A stretch of 64,000 nucleotides of DNA from Octopus vulgaris (Eukaryota): positions 61,380,001-61,444,000 of the forward strand of contig OX597832.1 of NCBI GenBank assembly GCA_951406725.2, in the 5' to 3' direction. The stretch's first letter is position 1. Every line of letters starts with the position of its first letter. A program made the translations under genes and the position numbers. The notes under the pieces are model-generated. The model saw only the letters and a program-made list of their open reading frames with translations. It searched no databases and was not told where the DNA came from. Below, one piece after another: positions 1-16,370 of this stretch.

Positions 1-34
1 AGGCGAAATAAATAGAGGAATACCAGAACAACAA

Positions 35-720
<686 letters not shown>

Positions 721-959
721 GCGACGAAAGCGGAAGCGACGATGTGGAGGATGATAGAAACGATGAGGGGCTATGGTGTTGTTTTTAAATAATCTACAGA
801 ATCGAGAATAGAAACAATACTTGAAGTCAACCAATCAAAAATCTTCTTCGCTCCTTCTCCGTTTCATGCTTAGCAAAACAAAAACAATGGCAAGAGGAAA
901 CGCAACCGAACAATAATTAAAATCTCGTTATATACACATATGGACGGACGTACCTACTA

Positions 960-1465
<506 letters not shown>

Positions 1466-1586
1466 GCTCATATACACGTGTGTGTTTATGATTATAGAGT
1501 CGATAGTTTTAGGCAACCAGAAATAAACCAAAGCAATAGCGTCCAACTAACGTTAATATCTCTCCTCTCTAGTTATTACAACAGCA

Positions 1587-1678
<92 letters not shown>

Positions 1679-1692
1679 CACTGCTGCCGATA

Positions 1693-1730
<38 letters not shown>

Positions 1731-1810
1731 TATTATTATTCTACTTCTGCTGCTTCTTGCACGTAACTGCGTGGCATTTTCCCTTGGTATCAATGCCAAA
1801 TGTTAATATT

Positions 1811-1860
<50 letters not shown>

Positions 1861-2000
1861 CTTTGATACTTCGATAGGGTTCTACCAGTATCGGCAGAGG
1901 CCATGTCTAACGTATATTCATATATATATACATACGTGATGCCTGTATGTACATGTATATATGTATGTATACAAACACAAAAACGCACATTCACACACAC

Positions 2001-2058
<58 letters not shown>

Positions 2059-2198
2059 TCACAGTAAGGAGCCAGATAGACAGACAGACAGACAGACAGA
2101 TAGATAGAAGGAGAGAGAGAGAGACAAAGAAAGAGTAGAACAGATGCAAAAATGACCTGAAGACCAAAAACACGGAACTAATGGTGACGTATGTGTGA

Positions 2199-2235
<37 letters not shown>

Positions 2236-2635
2236 GGTGCTTTTGTTTTCGAGCCTGAGAAAGAGAGAAAAATGTTAGTGGGGAGAGAGAGGGGGCGAGA
2301 GAAAAAGAGTGGAGGGGAAAGAGAAGGAACGAGTGAACGGGTGTAGTTAGGAAGAGGGTATTGTTTCACCATGGCTCAACAGAAACACTTTTAGACTTTA
2401 ATATTCATGAAGAATATATCGATGCCAGGATGTGGCACTGACGGACTCTGCTCTGCCTGCGCAGCCGTCGGCATCACCATCGCCACCATAAATCATCACC
2501 ATCATCATCATCATCATCGTCGTCATCGTCGTCGTCGTAATCATCATCATCATCACTACTACCATCATCATCTCCACCACCATCACCACTATTAGGCTTT
2601 TCTTCTACGTGCAAGAATAAAGACGGACAACTCAC

Positions 2636-2850
2636 CGTCTCCATCAATTCTTGCCAAGTGACGTTCCGGTGGTGGTGGTGGTGGTGGTGGTGGTGGTGTT
2701 GATGGTGGTGGGGAGTGGCTTTTGATGTGAGGTGGAGGTGCGTCAGTATGGATAGTTATGCAAGAATAATGGTTAACGAGGAATCTGACAACTGTCGATT
2801 CGTTGCCTCTTTGACTCTTGGCGAAAATGTGTTTCTCGTCAGTAAAAACC
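2636..2850 (-). other. Candidate coding exon or pseudo-exon with weak ankyrin-like peptide and poly-Pro
   Basis: Minus strand: acceptor cccatag|G at 2851/2850 and consensus donor G|GTGAGT at 2636/2635. One frame is open throughout: VFTDEKHIFAKSQRGNESTVVRFLVNHYSCITIHTDAPPPH...ERHLARIDGD. Confidence 0.33.
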
Positions 2851-2918
2851 CTATGGGACGATCGCAGAAATATCGAAAGCGCAACACCACCACCAGCACT
2901 ACCATCAACACCACCACC

Positions 2919-2950
<32 letters not shown>

Positions 2951-3543
2951 CAACAACAATAACAGTAACAACAACACAGCCGAATCTCTACCACTTGAAG
3001 ACCAACCGACCAATCAACCATTCATCCATTTAACGAGATATCCAGCCAGCCGATCAGCCAAGAAACAAACTAGCCAACCGGCCAACCAGCCAACCAGCCA
3101 ACTAGTCAACCAGCCTGCTTACCAACAAACTGACCAACCAACCAGCAAACCGATCAACCAACCAAACAACCAGCCAGCCAACCAACCAATAAAATATTAG
3201 GGAGTAAATCCAAACTTACAGGGAAAAATTAGATTTAGGATTAAATCTAATTTTATAGTATAAATATATATTATATTAAATTAGAGATAAAACCACTATT
3301 AGGCAAATCAAACAGTGAAAATCATAAGCCAATACATAGAAATGAAATTAATTAAAAAATATTAAAAATATAAAATATAATATATAACTTATCTGGTAAT
3401 GTCTACAGTGGGACGTCGCTTTGTTATAGATAACGGAATGTCTACACCTATATGGAAGTGTGTGGAAACAAAAGAAAGGTTATGAAACCGTTATATAGCG
3501 ATATATGCAAATCTGTACACGTATATATATATATAAATAAATA

Positions 3544-3592
<49 letters not shown>

Positions 3593-3798
3593 TACCTATA
3601 TATGGGTGGGGGCATTTGTGTTTATGTGTGTGTGTGCATGTTATTCTTACATACATATAGAAAATGATGAAGATAGCTAGACAGACGGATTAACAGACAA
3701 ACACACAGACATATCGATAGATAGATAGATAGATGTATATAGGAATGAATGTATAAAGATGTGTTTTTATGATAATATACATGCTTACTTATATTACA

Positions 3799-3841
<43 letters not shown>

Positions 3842-3917
3842 ACATTGTGTGTAGAATAAGGCAGGCTAGAATTAACGAAGAAAGTGAAAGAAAGAAAGAA
3901 ACAGAGAGAGAGAGAGG

Positions 3918-3949
<32 letters not shown>

Positions 3950-4325
3950 GAGAGAAGGCGGAAGCAAAGCGAAAAATATATATGTAGACACAAGTAAATA
4001 TTTAATTCTTCGTGAAATCTTTCATTCGAATGACTGCGATTCCAAACTATATGTATTACCATTTTCTATAGACAGGACACGAAAAACTGCAGAATTTCTG
4101 CCATAAATTTTTGGCGCGTTTGATTTATTACTGTTAGTTTCATTCTTGTATTTGTTCAATTTAAAATATTTTTCCAGTTTCCATTTTTACTTCCTTTTAT
4201 TTATTTTTTTTGTTTGTATATTAAATGTCAAATGTTGTACGTTGCAGACGAGGTTTGCAACAACGAACTTCGATTGGTAGACGGTTTGATATAGGTATGT
4301 ATATATGTGCACGCATGCACACACA

Positions 4326-4388
<63 letters not shown>

Positions 4389-4447
4389 ACATACACACGC
4401 ACAGAATACACGATTCACAGACAGAGAGATGCATATATATATTGTAA

Positions 4448-4491
<44 letters not shown>

Positions 4492-4635
4492 TTATACATA
4501 TACACATATATACATACGCACACACATGCATCTATATTTATATAGATGTATGTACATATGCGAGTGTGCGTGTGTGTTTGAGTTTGTTTATATATACAGT
4601 TCTAAATAACTACGTACATATATATATATATATGC

Positions 4636-4671
<36 letters not shown>

Positions 4672-4805
4672 TTGTGAGTGTATGCATATATAAAATACAC
4701 ACACACACATACATCCATACACATATTTTTTTCTGCTGTTTTCAAGCGACAGAAAGTTTGATAAGTGACTGAAATGCCGAATGTCTCGAAAAATATCTAT
4801 ATTCA

Positions 4806-4900
<95 letters not shown>

Positions 4901-4959
4901 TTATCGATCTATCAATCAATCTCTCTCTTTCTCTCTCTCTCTAGAGAGAGTGAGAGATC

Positions 4960-5850
4960 GTCTAAGTATCCATAAGTTAGGAAGAACAGGCGCTCATACA
5001 TTTATGAGCAGAGTTATGGGAAAAGCCATTCCAGCGCTCATCAGGCTGCTATGAAAAGTATAACGATGACTCTTTGGTATTAGAGGTCAGGAAGTGTTAC
5101 TTATGGTTTGTCGGTCATAGTAAAAGATGCATCGAGAAAACGCATGGGAAAGATCTGGATGGTAATTCATAAATTCATCTCGAATTATTCTTCTTAAATA
5201 AAAATCGGATTGTCTTCATCACGGAAGGAGAAACAGAATGGGATTGAGGTTTGGGATTTGACTGCAGGTGTTTTGGTGTCGATATGTGTGCTAAGAAAGG
5301 GGCGGAGTCCAATCTTAATGTCATGAGTGCTCGTGTACGTGTATAAATATACCTGCTTCTGTATGTAATAATTTGAGTGTAGCAAACCTTGTACTGAACT
5401 GAGGTAGAGAGAACTACTGATGTTAGAAACTCTAGATGAAGTCTACCGGCATCTAATCATACATTTCCTTTCGTGTGGGCTGTATAATAATATCTCGTTT
5501 TTACAATTTCGATAAGTGTCCACATTAAAAGAGTTCTCTTTAAGCATTACAGGTATTGCATGATCCTCCTAGAGATATTGAAGTAAGTCTTAAACTTCTC
5601 CAGCACTGACTGCTTCACGTTATAATACGTGGAGTCTTCTTTCAACGACGATATATGCCTAGCTAGGGCGGTGATATTTGCGTGTCCTGACTATGAAAAG
5701 AGGATTTGTGGTTGTTTAATCGCTGCCCTTAAAGCTGCTCTTCTGTCGCGCCCACATATTTCCACTCACCCGTCTACATTCGTAGCACTCTGCCTACGTC
5801 TCCGGTATAGGCTGAAAGAATCTGTTTTTTTTTTCTGGGCCATTTAGACC
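4960..5850 (-). mobile_element. Highly decayed LINE-like fragment, possibly CR1/L2 group
   Basis: Non-repetitive tract with a degenerate minus-strand motif YFS*QPDERWNGFS resembling the FF.R....WN.LP C-terminal motif; many stops. Confidence 0.25.
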
Positions 5851-5867
5851 TATGCAATTATTTATCA

Positions 5868-6380
5868 CTAGCAGTATCGCACGGCGTTGCTCGGGTTTGT
5901 AAGGGAAATAACTGTATAAGCATTTTTAGAGAGTTACTTCATTTATAGATGCCAATTTGGGCTTTCTTAGCCATTTCTGTTTTGGTGTCTTCAAGCCATG
6001 AAGTCGTTGTTCTAAAAGAACGCTGGTCTCCTTGACAACGCTTTACGACGTTGATTTCCTTACACTCCCTTCCTCACAGCTTCACGAGGGAGGGAAGAAG
6101 GGGGAGAAGCAAACAGGTGCAGGTGTGACCATGGACGCCAACTCCGCCGCCATCGACACACGAAAAATTATGCATTAAAATGGAATAAAAAATGATGTTA
6201 AATTATTTTTAAAATCGTAGACTCATCGTAGACGCGCGCTAATACTCAGACGGGCTCGATATGAATCACGACTATAAGATACCCGAATTTGGTTAAACTG
6301 CACCGCAAAATGTGGGAGTAGTTAGGAATCTAAATCGAAGGGGACAGACACTCACACAACTACAGTTTTATATATAGAGA
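5868..6380 (-). mobile_element. Non-autonomous Helitron (513 bp)
   Basis: Minus strand begins TC(TCTATATATAAAA), ends CTAG after a GC-rich subterminal hairpin (cccgagcaacgccgtgcg), and sits between host A and T with no TSD: the canonical Helitron hallmarks. Confidence 0.8.
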
Positions 6381-6883
6381 TTTAAACTACGAAAGATATG
6401 ACCAAGACAAGAGATTTTTACGCTTAAGAGAAAAAAAAACAACGCTCACAGTAAGACCACCACCACCACCACCACCATGATCAACATCATCTTCAACCGC
6501 AGCAACATCATCATCACCATCACCACCACCATTTCAGATCGTCATTATCTCCATCATCATCATCAGCATCAGCCCCACGATCATCATGGTATTCTTCATT
6601 TCGACAAAAGCGACGGATTCGTCGACTGAAGCCTTTGAGCATCGGGTAACATTCATTACGGTATTCGTTCCGACACTTTATACCGTGAGTTCAAACCCTG
6701 ACGTGCTTAGCTGCCTTTTTTTAATATATCCCTGTGGTCGACAACGTAAAGTACCAGGAAAATACTAGGGTAAATGATATCGAATAACAATAATCCCCGC
6801 AAAATTACTAGTCTTCTGATAAATTTAGAAGCCATTGTTTTCATTGTTAAATCTTCAGTTGAATAATTAAATATTATTGATGA

Positions 6884-6884
<1 letters not shown>

Positions 6885-6914
<30 letters not shown>

Positions 6915-7175
6915 ATGTTGATGATGATGATGATGGTGATGGTGGTGGTGGTGATAATGATGATGATGATGATGATGGTGGTGGAGGTAGTGGTGGTGGT
7001 GGTAATAATGATGATGGTGATGATGGTGGTGGTGGTGGTGGTGGTGGTGATGATGATGGTACTACTGCTGATGATGATGACGACGACGATGGTAATGATG
7101 ATGGTGATGATGATGATGATGATGACGATGATGGTGATGATGATGATGATGATGACGATGATGGTGATGATGATT
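6885..7175. repeat. (GAT/GGT)n microsatellite
   Basis: Direct reading. Confidence 0.95.
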
Positions 7176-7335
7176 CAGCAATTATAAATTCTTTGTATTT
7201 AGGTATTCCGGAATTACATTAGTCTTCATTCATTCATTCATTGGGAGAGAGTGAGAAAACAAGAAAGAAAGAGAGAGAGAGAGAGAGAGATGTAGGCGTG
7301 AGAAACAGACAGAAACACAGCTTGCAACATTGCAT

Positions 7336-7368
<33 letters not shown>

Positions 7369-7418
7369 TTTATGTATATATATATGTCTGTGTATCTGTA
7401 TGCATGTGTATGAATATA

Positions 7419-7515
<97 letters not shown>

Positions 7516-7814
7516 AATCATACTCATAGGTTATGCGTCCCGATACATCCATATTTTATACACTCATACACACATATATATACGGACCCAAAATAGCAGC
7601 CAAGTGCACACAGACATCCTCCCCTCTTGCTAATACACACATCCAACTAATTATGCATCATAATGAATACACATATAATAATTGGACTTGTCACACACTT
7701 TATCAATCCGACATCCACAACACGTCTGTGTCTCAGCGGGGGTGGACTGCAAACACATGCGTGCTTCAACACTCTACATTACATACATATATGTGTATGC
7801 ACGTACGTACCTCA

Positions 7815-7848
<34 letters not shown>

Positions 7849-8027
7849 TCATAAATTGTGTTAGTGAGATAATACGTGTGTGTAGGTCTGTTTATGAGAG
7901 GTATTGTGAACGTGGCAAGGTTGAAAGGAAATGCTTGTTTCAAGAATTGTGAACTAAAACACTTCTCGTTAAACAATACGGTTGTCTATGGTTGAGCGTG
8001 AATGTGGAATTATGTCATTATATATGC

Positions 8028-8500
<473 letters not shown>

Positions 8501-8504
8501 ATTA

Positions 8505-9342
8505 CTACCTCCCACTTTGAAGGGTATGAATTTGCAATCTAGTAACAGGAAGTATCAACTAAGTACCTGATTCACAAAGGGGATACGATGCTGGAAAAGC
8601 AGTAAAATGTGACAACCGCTGCAGATATCTTTAGTTCGCACTAAAGATATTACCCACATCATAAGCAGTTGTTCGAAAATGTCATCACGGTTATATCTAC
8701 CGATGAGACATGTTGTGTACAGGACGCTATATAATGAAATCTGTTAGAAGGATAACCGAGTGGACAAAGAAATAAGAACCCACAGTATGGTAGAAGCCAT
8801 AGCCACTCAATGAAAAGGAGTATTGGTGGAATGTCCCAGTGACGACCTCAATAAAATACAAGCAAACAACCTAGATATAAGGATTTAGGATAGAGAAGAG
8901 AAACTGTACACAGTTGTGGAAGTTAACTGCGCAGCGGATGTTAACATAAAGCTGAAGACCAACGAAAAGGAGAACACCTATGCTGAACTATTGAGAAATC
9001 TGCAGTTACTCTATCCAGATTACAAGTTCAGGTTTATTTCTGAAATTTTGGGGGCCCTGAGATATGTAACACACTGCCTAAATACCAATCTTGAGAAATT
9101 AGGCTTCGCAAAACCAGAAAGGAGAAAGCTAATTCGAAGACTACAGATCCAATCCACCACTGGAACTGTAAAAATCTGTAAAGCTTTCCAGAAGTTTATC
9201 ATTTAAATATATATGAGCATGTCTAGATATGCAAGTATATGCATGAGAATACATGCATACAAAACAAAACATACAAATCTGCACGTATACATACATACCT
9301 ACAACATACATACATACATACATACATACATACATACATACA

Positions 9343-9376
<34 letters not shown>

Positions 9377-9490
9377 CAAATATACCCTGTTGTTCATGTT
9401 GAAATTCCAATGAAAGAGCCTTGGGTCTAGGTTAGAAACCGGCTCCTTCTGTATTGGCAAGAAAACTTGAAATAAAACTGAACAATGACA
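8505..9490 (+). mobile_element. 5'-truncated LINE with restriction-like endonuclease (R4/Dong-like or related early-branching clade), decayed
   Basis: Broken frames give SHFEGYEFAI..QEVSTKYL, DITHIISSCSKM (CCHC remnant), then VVEVNCAADVNIKLKTNEKENTYAEL...ILGALRYV...GTVKICKAF*. The 3' UTR carries internal (TACA)n and AATAAA. Confidence 0.8.
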
Positions 9491-9530
9491 TACACACGCG
9501 CGGGTGTGTGTGCGTGCGTGTGTACGTGTA

Positions 9531-9845
9531 GACTCAGTGGTTAAGGCGTCGGGTTCAAATCATGCCGTAGTGAGTTCGATTCCTGGACCAGGTTATGTGT
9601 TGTGTTCTTGAGCAAGACACTTTATTTCACGTTGCTCCACTTCGCTCAACTCTAGAAATGAGTTGCGACGTCAATGGTGTCAAACTGTATCGACAGTTGC
9701 TTTTCCATTGGGCAACGTTGGTGGCGTGGGGGAGGGAGATTGGTAGGCATTAACAAGTGCTGGTCTTCTACAAACAACTTTGTCCAGACATGTGCCTCAG
9801 AGGAAGTTTTCTAGGAGCAATCGCATGATCATTCATCAACGCCGT
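9531..9845 (+). mobile_element. tRNA-derived SINE with CORE-like central box
   Basis: A-box-like ctcagtggttaagg, B-box gagttcgattcc, then gttgtgttcttgagcaagacacttta. Relatives at 44920, 57230 and 33540-33620 (-). Confidence 0.7.
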
Positions 9846-9852
9846 GAGTCTT

Positions 9853-9904
<52 letters not shown>

Positions 9905-9979
9905 ATCTGTCTGTCTGTCTATCTGCCGATATGTGTGTGTGTGTGCGTGTGTTTGTGTGTGTTTGTCTGTCTGTGTATG

Positions 9980-10028
<49 letters not shown>

Positions 10029-10085
10029 GTATATATACAAACATACAAATGTACATACGTATATATATATATTTATATATGTATA

Positions 10086-10145
<60 letters not shown>

Positions 10146-10370
10146 CATAATATATAATATATGCGTATATATGTATATGCCTACCCACACACATAAATGT
10201 ACGCTCTTGTTTATGTATATCTGTGCGTCCATGTATGTGTATTGATGTGCGCGTGGATGGATATTTATTTGATTATGCTGACTGGCAGTTGTCCAATTCT
10301 GTTAGTCATCGAGTACTGAATCCAGTGTCTGCCCGGTTCTATATATATAGAAACTCATCGACCCCATCCG

Positions 10371-10403
<33 letters not shown>

Positions 10404-10649
10404 ATATATGGCCAGCACAACCCTTACCTACCCTCGCACCGTTCAACGTTGTGACAAGCACCGCCCTAACGCTTAATTGACATCATGATTTCTTCACTTG
10501 GATCGCCTCTTTAAGTTGGCAGCCGCTGCCAGTATTCCATAGTCATGCACATGACTATATACTTGTATGCGTAAATGTATTATGCATACATACACACATA
10601 CATACATACATACATACATACATAAATGCTTATATATATATATATATAT

Positions 10650-10690
<41 letters not shown>

Positions 10691-10708
10691 TATATATATA
10701 TATGAATA

Positions 10709-10766
<58 letters not shown>

Positions 10767-10819
10767 CACACACACACAATGACCTCGAAACCACATAGTA
10801 AACAAGTGAGACAGACAGG

Positions 10820-10973
10820 CAGAAACAAGTTAAATGCCACTTGTATTTGAACGCTGTGTAAATATTCTTAAAAAAAAAACTTTGTTTTCCATACTTACAG
10901 TTGAAAAAGTCTCAATGACTGAAAGCTGTACTGAAATGTTTTTTATAAAATTATTTTAGCATTTTCTATCTTG

Positions 10974-10980
<7 letters not shown>
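10820..10980 (+). mobile_element. Penelope-type terminal fragment with hammerhead-like motif
   Basis: 10898-10933: cag TTGAAAA agtc-tcaat-gact GAAA gctg TA ctg, ending in (TA)n. A diverged inverted relative lies at about 56840-57015. Confidence 0.5.
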
Positions 10981-11007
<27 letters not shown>

Positions 11008-11009
<2 letters not shown>

Positions 11010-11290
11010 CGGAGATGTACTTACATAGCAAGTGCCCTAATCTGAGATCGTGTGCTGGAACGAAAACAATTGCAGCGTGGAAGGTGTTTATAAGACATTT
11101 AAAACGCACAGAAACAATTAGATTCACTTCAACATTTAAATTTAATTTGACAAAATATTTTCGTCGCTCTGAGACCGCGACATGTTCACTGACAAAATTC
11201 CGTGCACGGAAAATGGTTAAATGTTGAAGTGAATCTAAAAACTTTTGTGTGTTTTAAATGGCTTATAAACACATTCTACGCTGCAATTGT
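11008..11290. repeat. Fold-back (inverted repeat) element between (TA)n arrays, probably Penelope-derived
   Basis: About 11066-11139 is the diverged reverse complement of about 11218-11290. Confidence 0.7.
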
Positions 11291-11378
11291 TATATATATA
11301 TATATATATAACACAAGGTTGTACCACAGCATGACCGCAGTCTAATGACTGCAACCAGTAATATATATATATATATAT

Positions 11379-11556
11379 AGTGAGAATTTACAAAAAAAAA
11401 AAAAGACGGCTGTGTAAACAAACAAACAGATATATTAGTTTAACTCTCGGGAAGTGTGAAAGTCTTTTACGTTTCGAGCCTACCCTCTTACACAGAAAGA
11501 AACACAGAAATAAAAAGAGAGAGAAAATAGAAAGAAGTATAGTGGCTAGCGATCTA
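11379..11556 (-). mobile_element. Short interspersed Penelope-type 3' end, GAGC-loop-GCTC-GAAAC family
   Basis: Homologous to 16800-16980 (+) and 54733-54918 (-), related to 24640-24780 (-) and 31770-31975 (+). Most copies abut (TA)n and share GAAGAGC-N3/4-GCTCGAAACGT. Confidence 0.6.
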
Positions 11557-11799
11557 TCATATATATATATATATATACGGTAATCTCTCGACGACTGCGA
11601 GTGTTACGTTCCAAACCCCTCCCCCGCGATAGGTCAAAATTCGCGAAGCAGAAACAGTATGGATTGTATATTTTTTTAATTATTTTTATAATTTGTATAT
11701 ATTTTTTATAATAAATGCAAAACAACACCACAGGGGAATCGACGTAAGCTTAAACAATAAACCGCGATAGGTGAACCGCTATAGGTGAATCGTCATAGG

Positions 11800-11985
11800 T
11801 GACCTGCGGTAAGTCAACTGCCATATGGGGAGGGATTATTGTACTCAAAGTTCCTCGCTTGAAGGGTATCGCGAAAGACCTGGCTGGAGGCCCTAGCTTG
11901 CGTGTTCTTTTACAGGGCTTAGAAGAACTGAAGGATCACAGCAATAAATGTGTGAATCGAAGAGGGGCAAGATATTGTATAAAAT
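11800..11985 (+). mobile_element. Mariner transposase C-terminal remnant
   Basis: LLQGLEELKDHSNKCVNRRGARY resembles the mariner terminal motif F..GI.KL..RW.KC....G.Y. Confidence 0.5.
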
Positions 11986-12164
11986 TTATAGGGATTAATT
12001 CCGAAATTGATTCAAAATAGAGATAACGAAATTAAAATTTTCTAAAGGTTAGTTGCCCGCTTTCAGTTCAATTTTCCTGTAACAAGTGGATTATAAGTGG
12101 ATAAATCAGTGTATTGGCTTTAGAATAACCTTCTTTAGCCCTTAATTATAAGATATATATATAT

Positions 12165-12437
<273 letters not shown>

Positions 12438-12451
12438 TATATATGTATAGA

Positions 12452-12497
<46 letters not shown>

Positions 12498-12846
12498 TAA
12501 ATAAACACATAAATAAACACATAAATATATGTGTGTGAGTGTTTGTGTATACGCATACTCTCTCACACACATATATATATATATGTATGCATGTATTGTG
12601 GGTTTTATAAATACACTTCTATGAATATTTATTCTTTTACATAAGGACATGAACACTTATTTCAATTATTGACCCGATTATACGTCTGCCTGCCTGTCTG
12701 CCTGTCTGTATGTCTCTCTGTTTGTCTATCTATTTATCCTATCTTATCTTATCTTATCTTATCTATCTGTCTGTCTATTTATCCATACCTCCTTCTCTCT
12801 CTATGCATGTACACATCTACCTATCTCTATCCAACACTCTTTATCC

Positions 12847-12931
<85 letters not shown>

Positions 12932-13325
12932 CATCTCTCTCTCTCTCTCTCTCTCTTTATCTATCTGTCTGCCTGTCTATATGCCATTCAGTTTATCTTT
13001 CACTTTCTCTCTCACTCTGTCTGCCTACCTGTCTGTCGATCTATCACCATACATGTTTCTCCTGTATCTCTCTTTCTCTCTCTCTCTTTCAAATAATCAA
13101 TAGTTGTCTCCCTGTATTTTCTTATTTTTTTATGGATGTTTATTTTTTTATAATCTTTTTCGTCTCTTCTTCATTTTCATCAGTTGAATTTTAAAAGTAT
13201 ATCCGTACACATGCGTGCGTGTGTGTATGCGTGTATGTGTGTGTCTGTGTGTTTCTGTTTGTGTGCAGGCGTGTGGTTATGTGTACACATATACACACAT
13301 TCATAGATCTATTTCCACACATAGC

Positions 13326-13369
<44 letters not shown>

Positions 13370-13772
13370 CTCTCTCTCTCTGATTGGACCATACGTGCTT
13401 GGGATTTCATACACATGTACGTACTTACATGCTCACTTACACATAAACACACACAGACACACATACAAATATATACATATGCATACATATTTGCATGTTA
13501 CGTATACGCACACAGACACACATGCAAATTCTCTCACACACACACATGCACACACACGCACACACACACATATATATATATATATACATATATTTATAGA
13601 TAGCTACATACATGGACACATACACACTTACATACACACGTACATACATACATGCATGTATTGGCACATACATACATGAATATATACATATATATATATA
13701 TATACACACACGTAATATGTATATATATGTGTGTATATATATATGTATATATCTATATATATTTATATATAT

Positions 13773-13820
<48 letters not shown>

Positions 13821-13831
13821 GCATATATATT

Positions 13832-13937
13832 TGTAATTGACATATCGGTTCCATTCTAGCAAAAACTGTCCGAAGAACGGCAACCGGAAACTCAGAGTAA
13901 CATGTTTTGTTGAATTTTCTGCTGCTTTAAATAAAGT
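13832..13937 (+). mobile_element. Penelope-type end with hammerhead-like motif
   Basis: tgt CCGAAGA a-cgg-caa-ccg GAAA ctc-a-gag TA aca. The downstream gttttgttgaattttctgctgctttaaataaag recurs in the palindrome at 25082-25160; flanked by (TA)n. Confidence 0.5.
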
Positions 13938-14027
13938 ATATATATATATATATATAACCATACTCATACAAACACACATGCATACATACATATATACACA
14001 TACATGAATGCATACATACATGCATGT

Positions 14028-14080
<53 letters not shown>

Positions 14081-14469
14081 CACACTTAGATATGTATATA
14101 TATGTGTGTATATATATGTATATATATATATATATGCATATATATATATATATATAATCATACTCATACGTTATGCATACATTCATTCATACATACACAT
14201 ATACACATATATACATATATACATAGTTACATACATATATACACATACATACATCATGTACACGCATTTTTATACATATTTTGATACACATACACGCATA
14301 TCTAAAACAAAAGTATTCATAGTTACCCATGCACATATCTGTGTGGTTATATATCAATTTTATCTCTTGGCTTATTTTCAATATATCATGATATCAGCTC
14401 ACCCTAGTATCCCGCACATACCCCTATACCCGTGTAGTTGTAAACACAAACACATATGCCTATACATAT

Positions 14470-14523
<54 letters not shown>

Positions 14524-15529
14524 GTACACACACGCACATCCATATAGACATATATATACATATGCACGCACACATATATATTTTAAATGTATGTGTGTAT
14601 ATGCATATATATTTAGACGTGTGTGTAATCCTCAGGTTTAGATCCTTCTCTCAACATTCCCTCTCTGTCTGTGTGTCTCTATCTGTCTTCCTCTCTCTCT
14701 CTCTTTCTATCTCTCTTCCTATGTCTCTCTATATCTATCTCTCTTTCTTCCTATCTCTCTCTCTCTCTCCCTTGCTCGCCTTGTCTTTCACTGCTTCCTT
14801 TCTCTCCTCTTCTCTATTGTCATCTCTGTCTCTATAATCCGCTATTTTACCGTAGACTAAGACGAACGTCGATATTATTTACCAATGGAACTAAACAGTC
14901 AGACAGGATCAGATCAGAGTATGAAATAAAGTAAACCGTCCCGGAAATACACCACCACCACCACCACCACCACCACCAAGAAGAAGAAGAAGAAGAAGAC
15001 AACAACAACAACAATAACAACAGCAGCAACAGCAACGATAGCAACAACAAAACAACTTGCATCACCAAGACCTACAACAACAACAACAACAATATCAGTA
15101 ACAAGAACGGCTAAAGAAAAAAAGAAACTACAAATATACAATAACAAGAATATAAATATATTCGATTTAATCAACAACAACAACAACAACAACAACGACA
15201 ACGACATCGACGACAACAACAGCAACAACAACTGCAAGTAAAATACAAATATAATTATAACACAAATCAACGGAAACTACGAAAAAAGTAAGTAAATAAA
15301 AGTAATAAAACATCAACAACAACAATCATGTTAACAACAAGAACATCAACAGTATCAAGAAAAAAAAAACAACACCAAGAAAATCAATGAAAATTACAAA
15401 AAACGAGAAGTAAAAAAACACACAGATATCGCCAACAACATCAACAGGAACATCATCATCAACAACAACAGCAGCAGCAGCCATAGCAACCGATTTGTAT
15501 TTTTTATCGTTTGCTTGCCTTCGTCATTG

Positions 15530-15985
15530 GACAGCAGCCACGCTGGGCCACCGTCTTGTAAAAAGTTTAGTCGAACAAATCGATTACCTGCACCCCCATT
15601 TCCTCGCCCCCCCAACCCCACCACACACCCGGTACTGAATTTCCTTAAGCCTCGTATCGATTCTGTCGGCCCGATTTGCCGGAACTCTTAAGTTGTGTGT
15701 GTGTGTGTGGGGGGGCATAAACAAACCAGAATCGGTCGTCAAGCGGTGCTAGGGACACAGTCACAAATACACACTCACACAAACACGCACACATTTCCAT
15801 GCATACACACACACACACACATATATATATATACATATATTCAGTTTCCGTCAAATAAATCAACGCACGAAGCTTTGGTCGATCCCGGTTTATGGTAGAA
15901 AACACTTGCCCAACGTGCCACGCAGGGTGGGACTGAACACGGAATCGTGTGGTTACGAAACAAACTTCTTGCCATACCATCGCGC
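15530..15985 (-). mobile_element. tRNA-derived SINE with internal (TA)/(TG) microsatellite
   Basis: Head homologous to 25682-25835 (+) and 32770-32930 (-): gttcagtccc B-box, ttgggcaagtgt, gaccaaagc, gacggaaactga. Confidence 0.7.
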
Positions 15986-16163
15986 CTAACAGCTCAGAAG
16001 GAACAAAAACTAGCACAGCAAGAAAAAAAGAAGAAAATAAACGCAAACATCAACAGCAACAACAACAACAATAGCTAAAACAACGAAAACAACAACGATG
16101 GCAAACGCCAGCAAAGACAAAACAAAAACTAAAAAACAGAACATAAGCCATACCACTGGTAAC

Positions 16164-16370
16164 TATTTCTTTATTGCCCACAAGGGGCTAAACATAGAGG
16201 GGACAAACAAGGACAGACAAAGGGATTAAGTCAATTACATCGACTCCAGTGCGTAACTGGTACTTATTTAATCGACCCCGAAAGGATGAAAGGCAAAGTC
16301 GACCTCGGCGGAATTTGAACTCAGAACGTAGCGGCAGACGAAATACGGCTACACATTTCGCCCGGCGTGC
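16164..16370 (-). mobile_element. Young SINE with Meta-domain-like core and Tx1-like tail
   Basis: Nearly identical to 19630-19835, 37437-37659 and 37669-37894; core gtcgactttgcctttcatcctttcggggtcgat...aagtaccag. Confidence 0.85.

Noticed and set aside
14855-14934. Plus-strand terminal exon LRRTSILFTNGTKQSDRIRSEYEIK*
   Set aside because: It has a plausible acceptor but no partner exons or recognisable homology.
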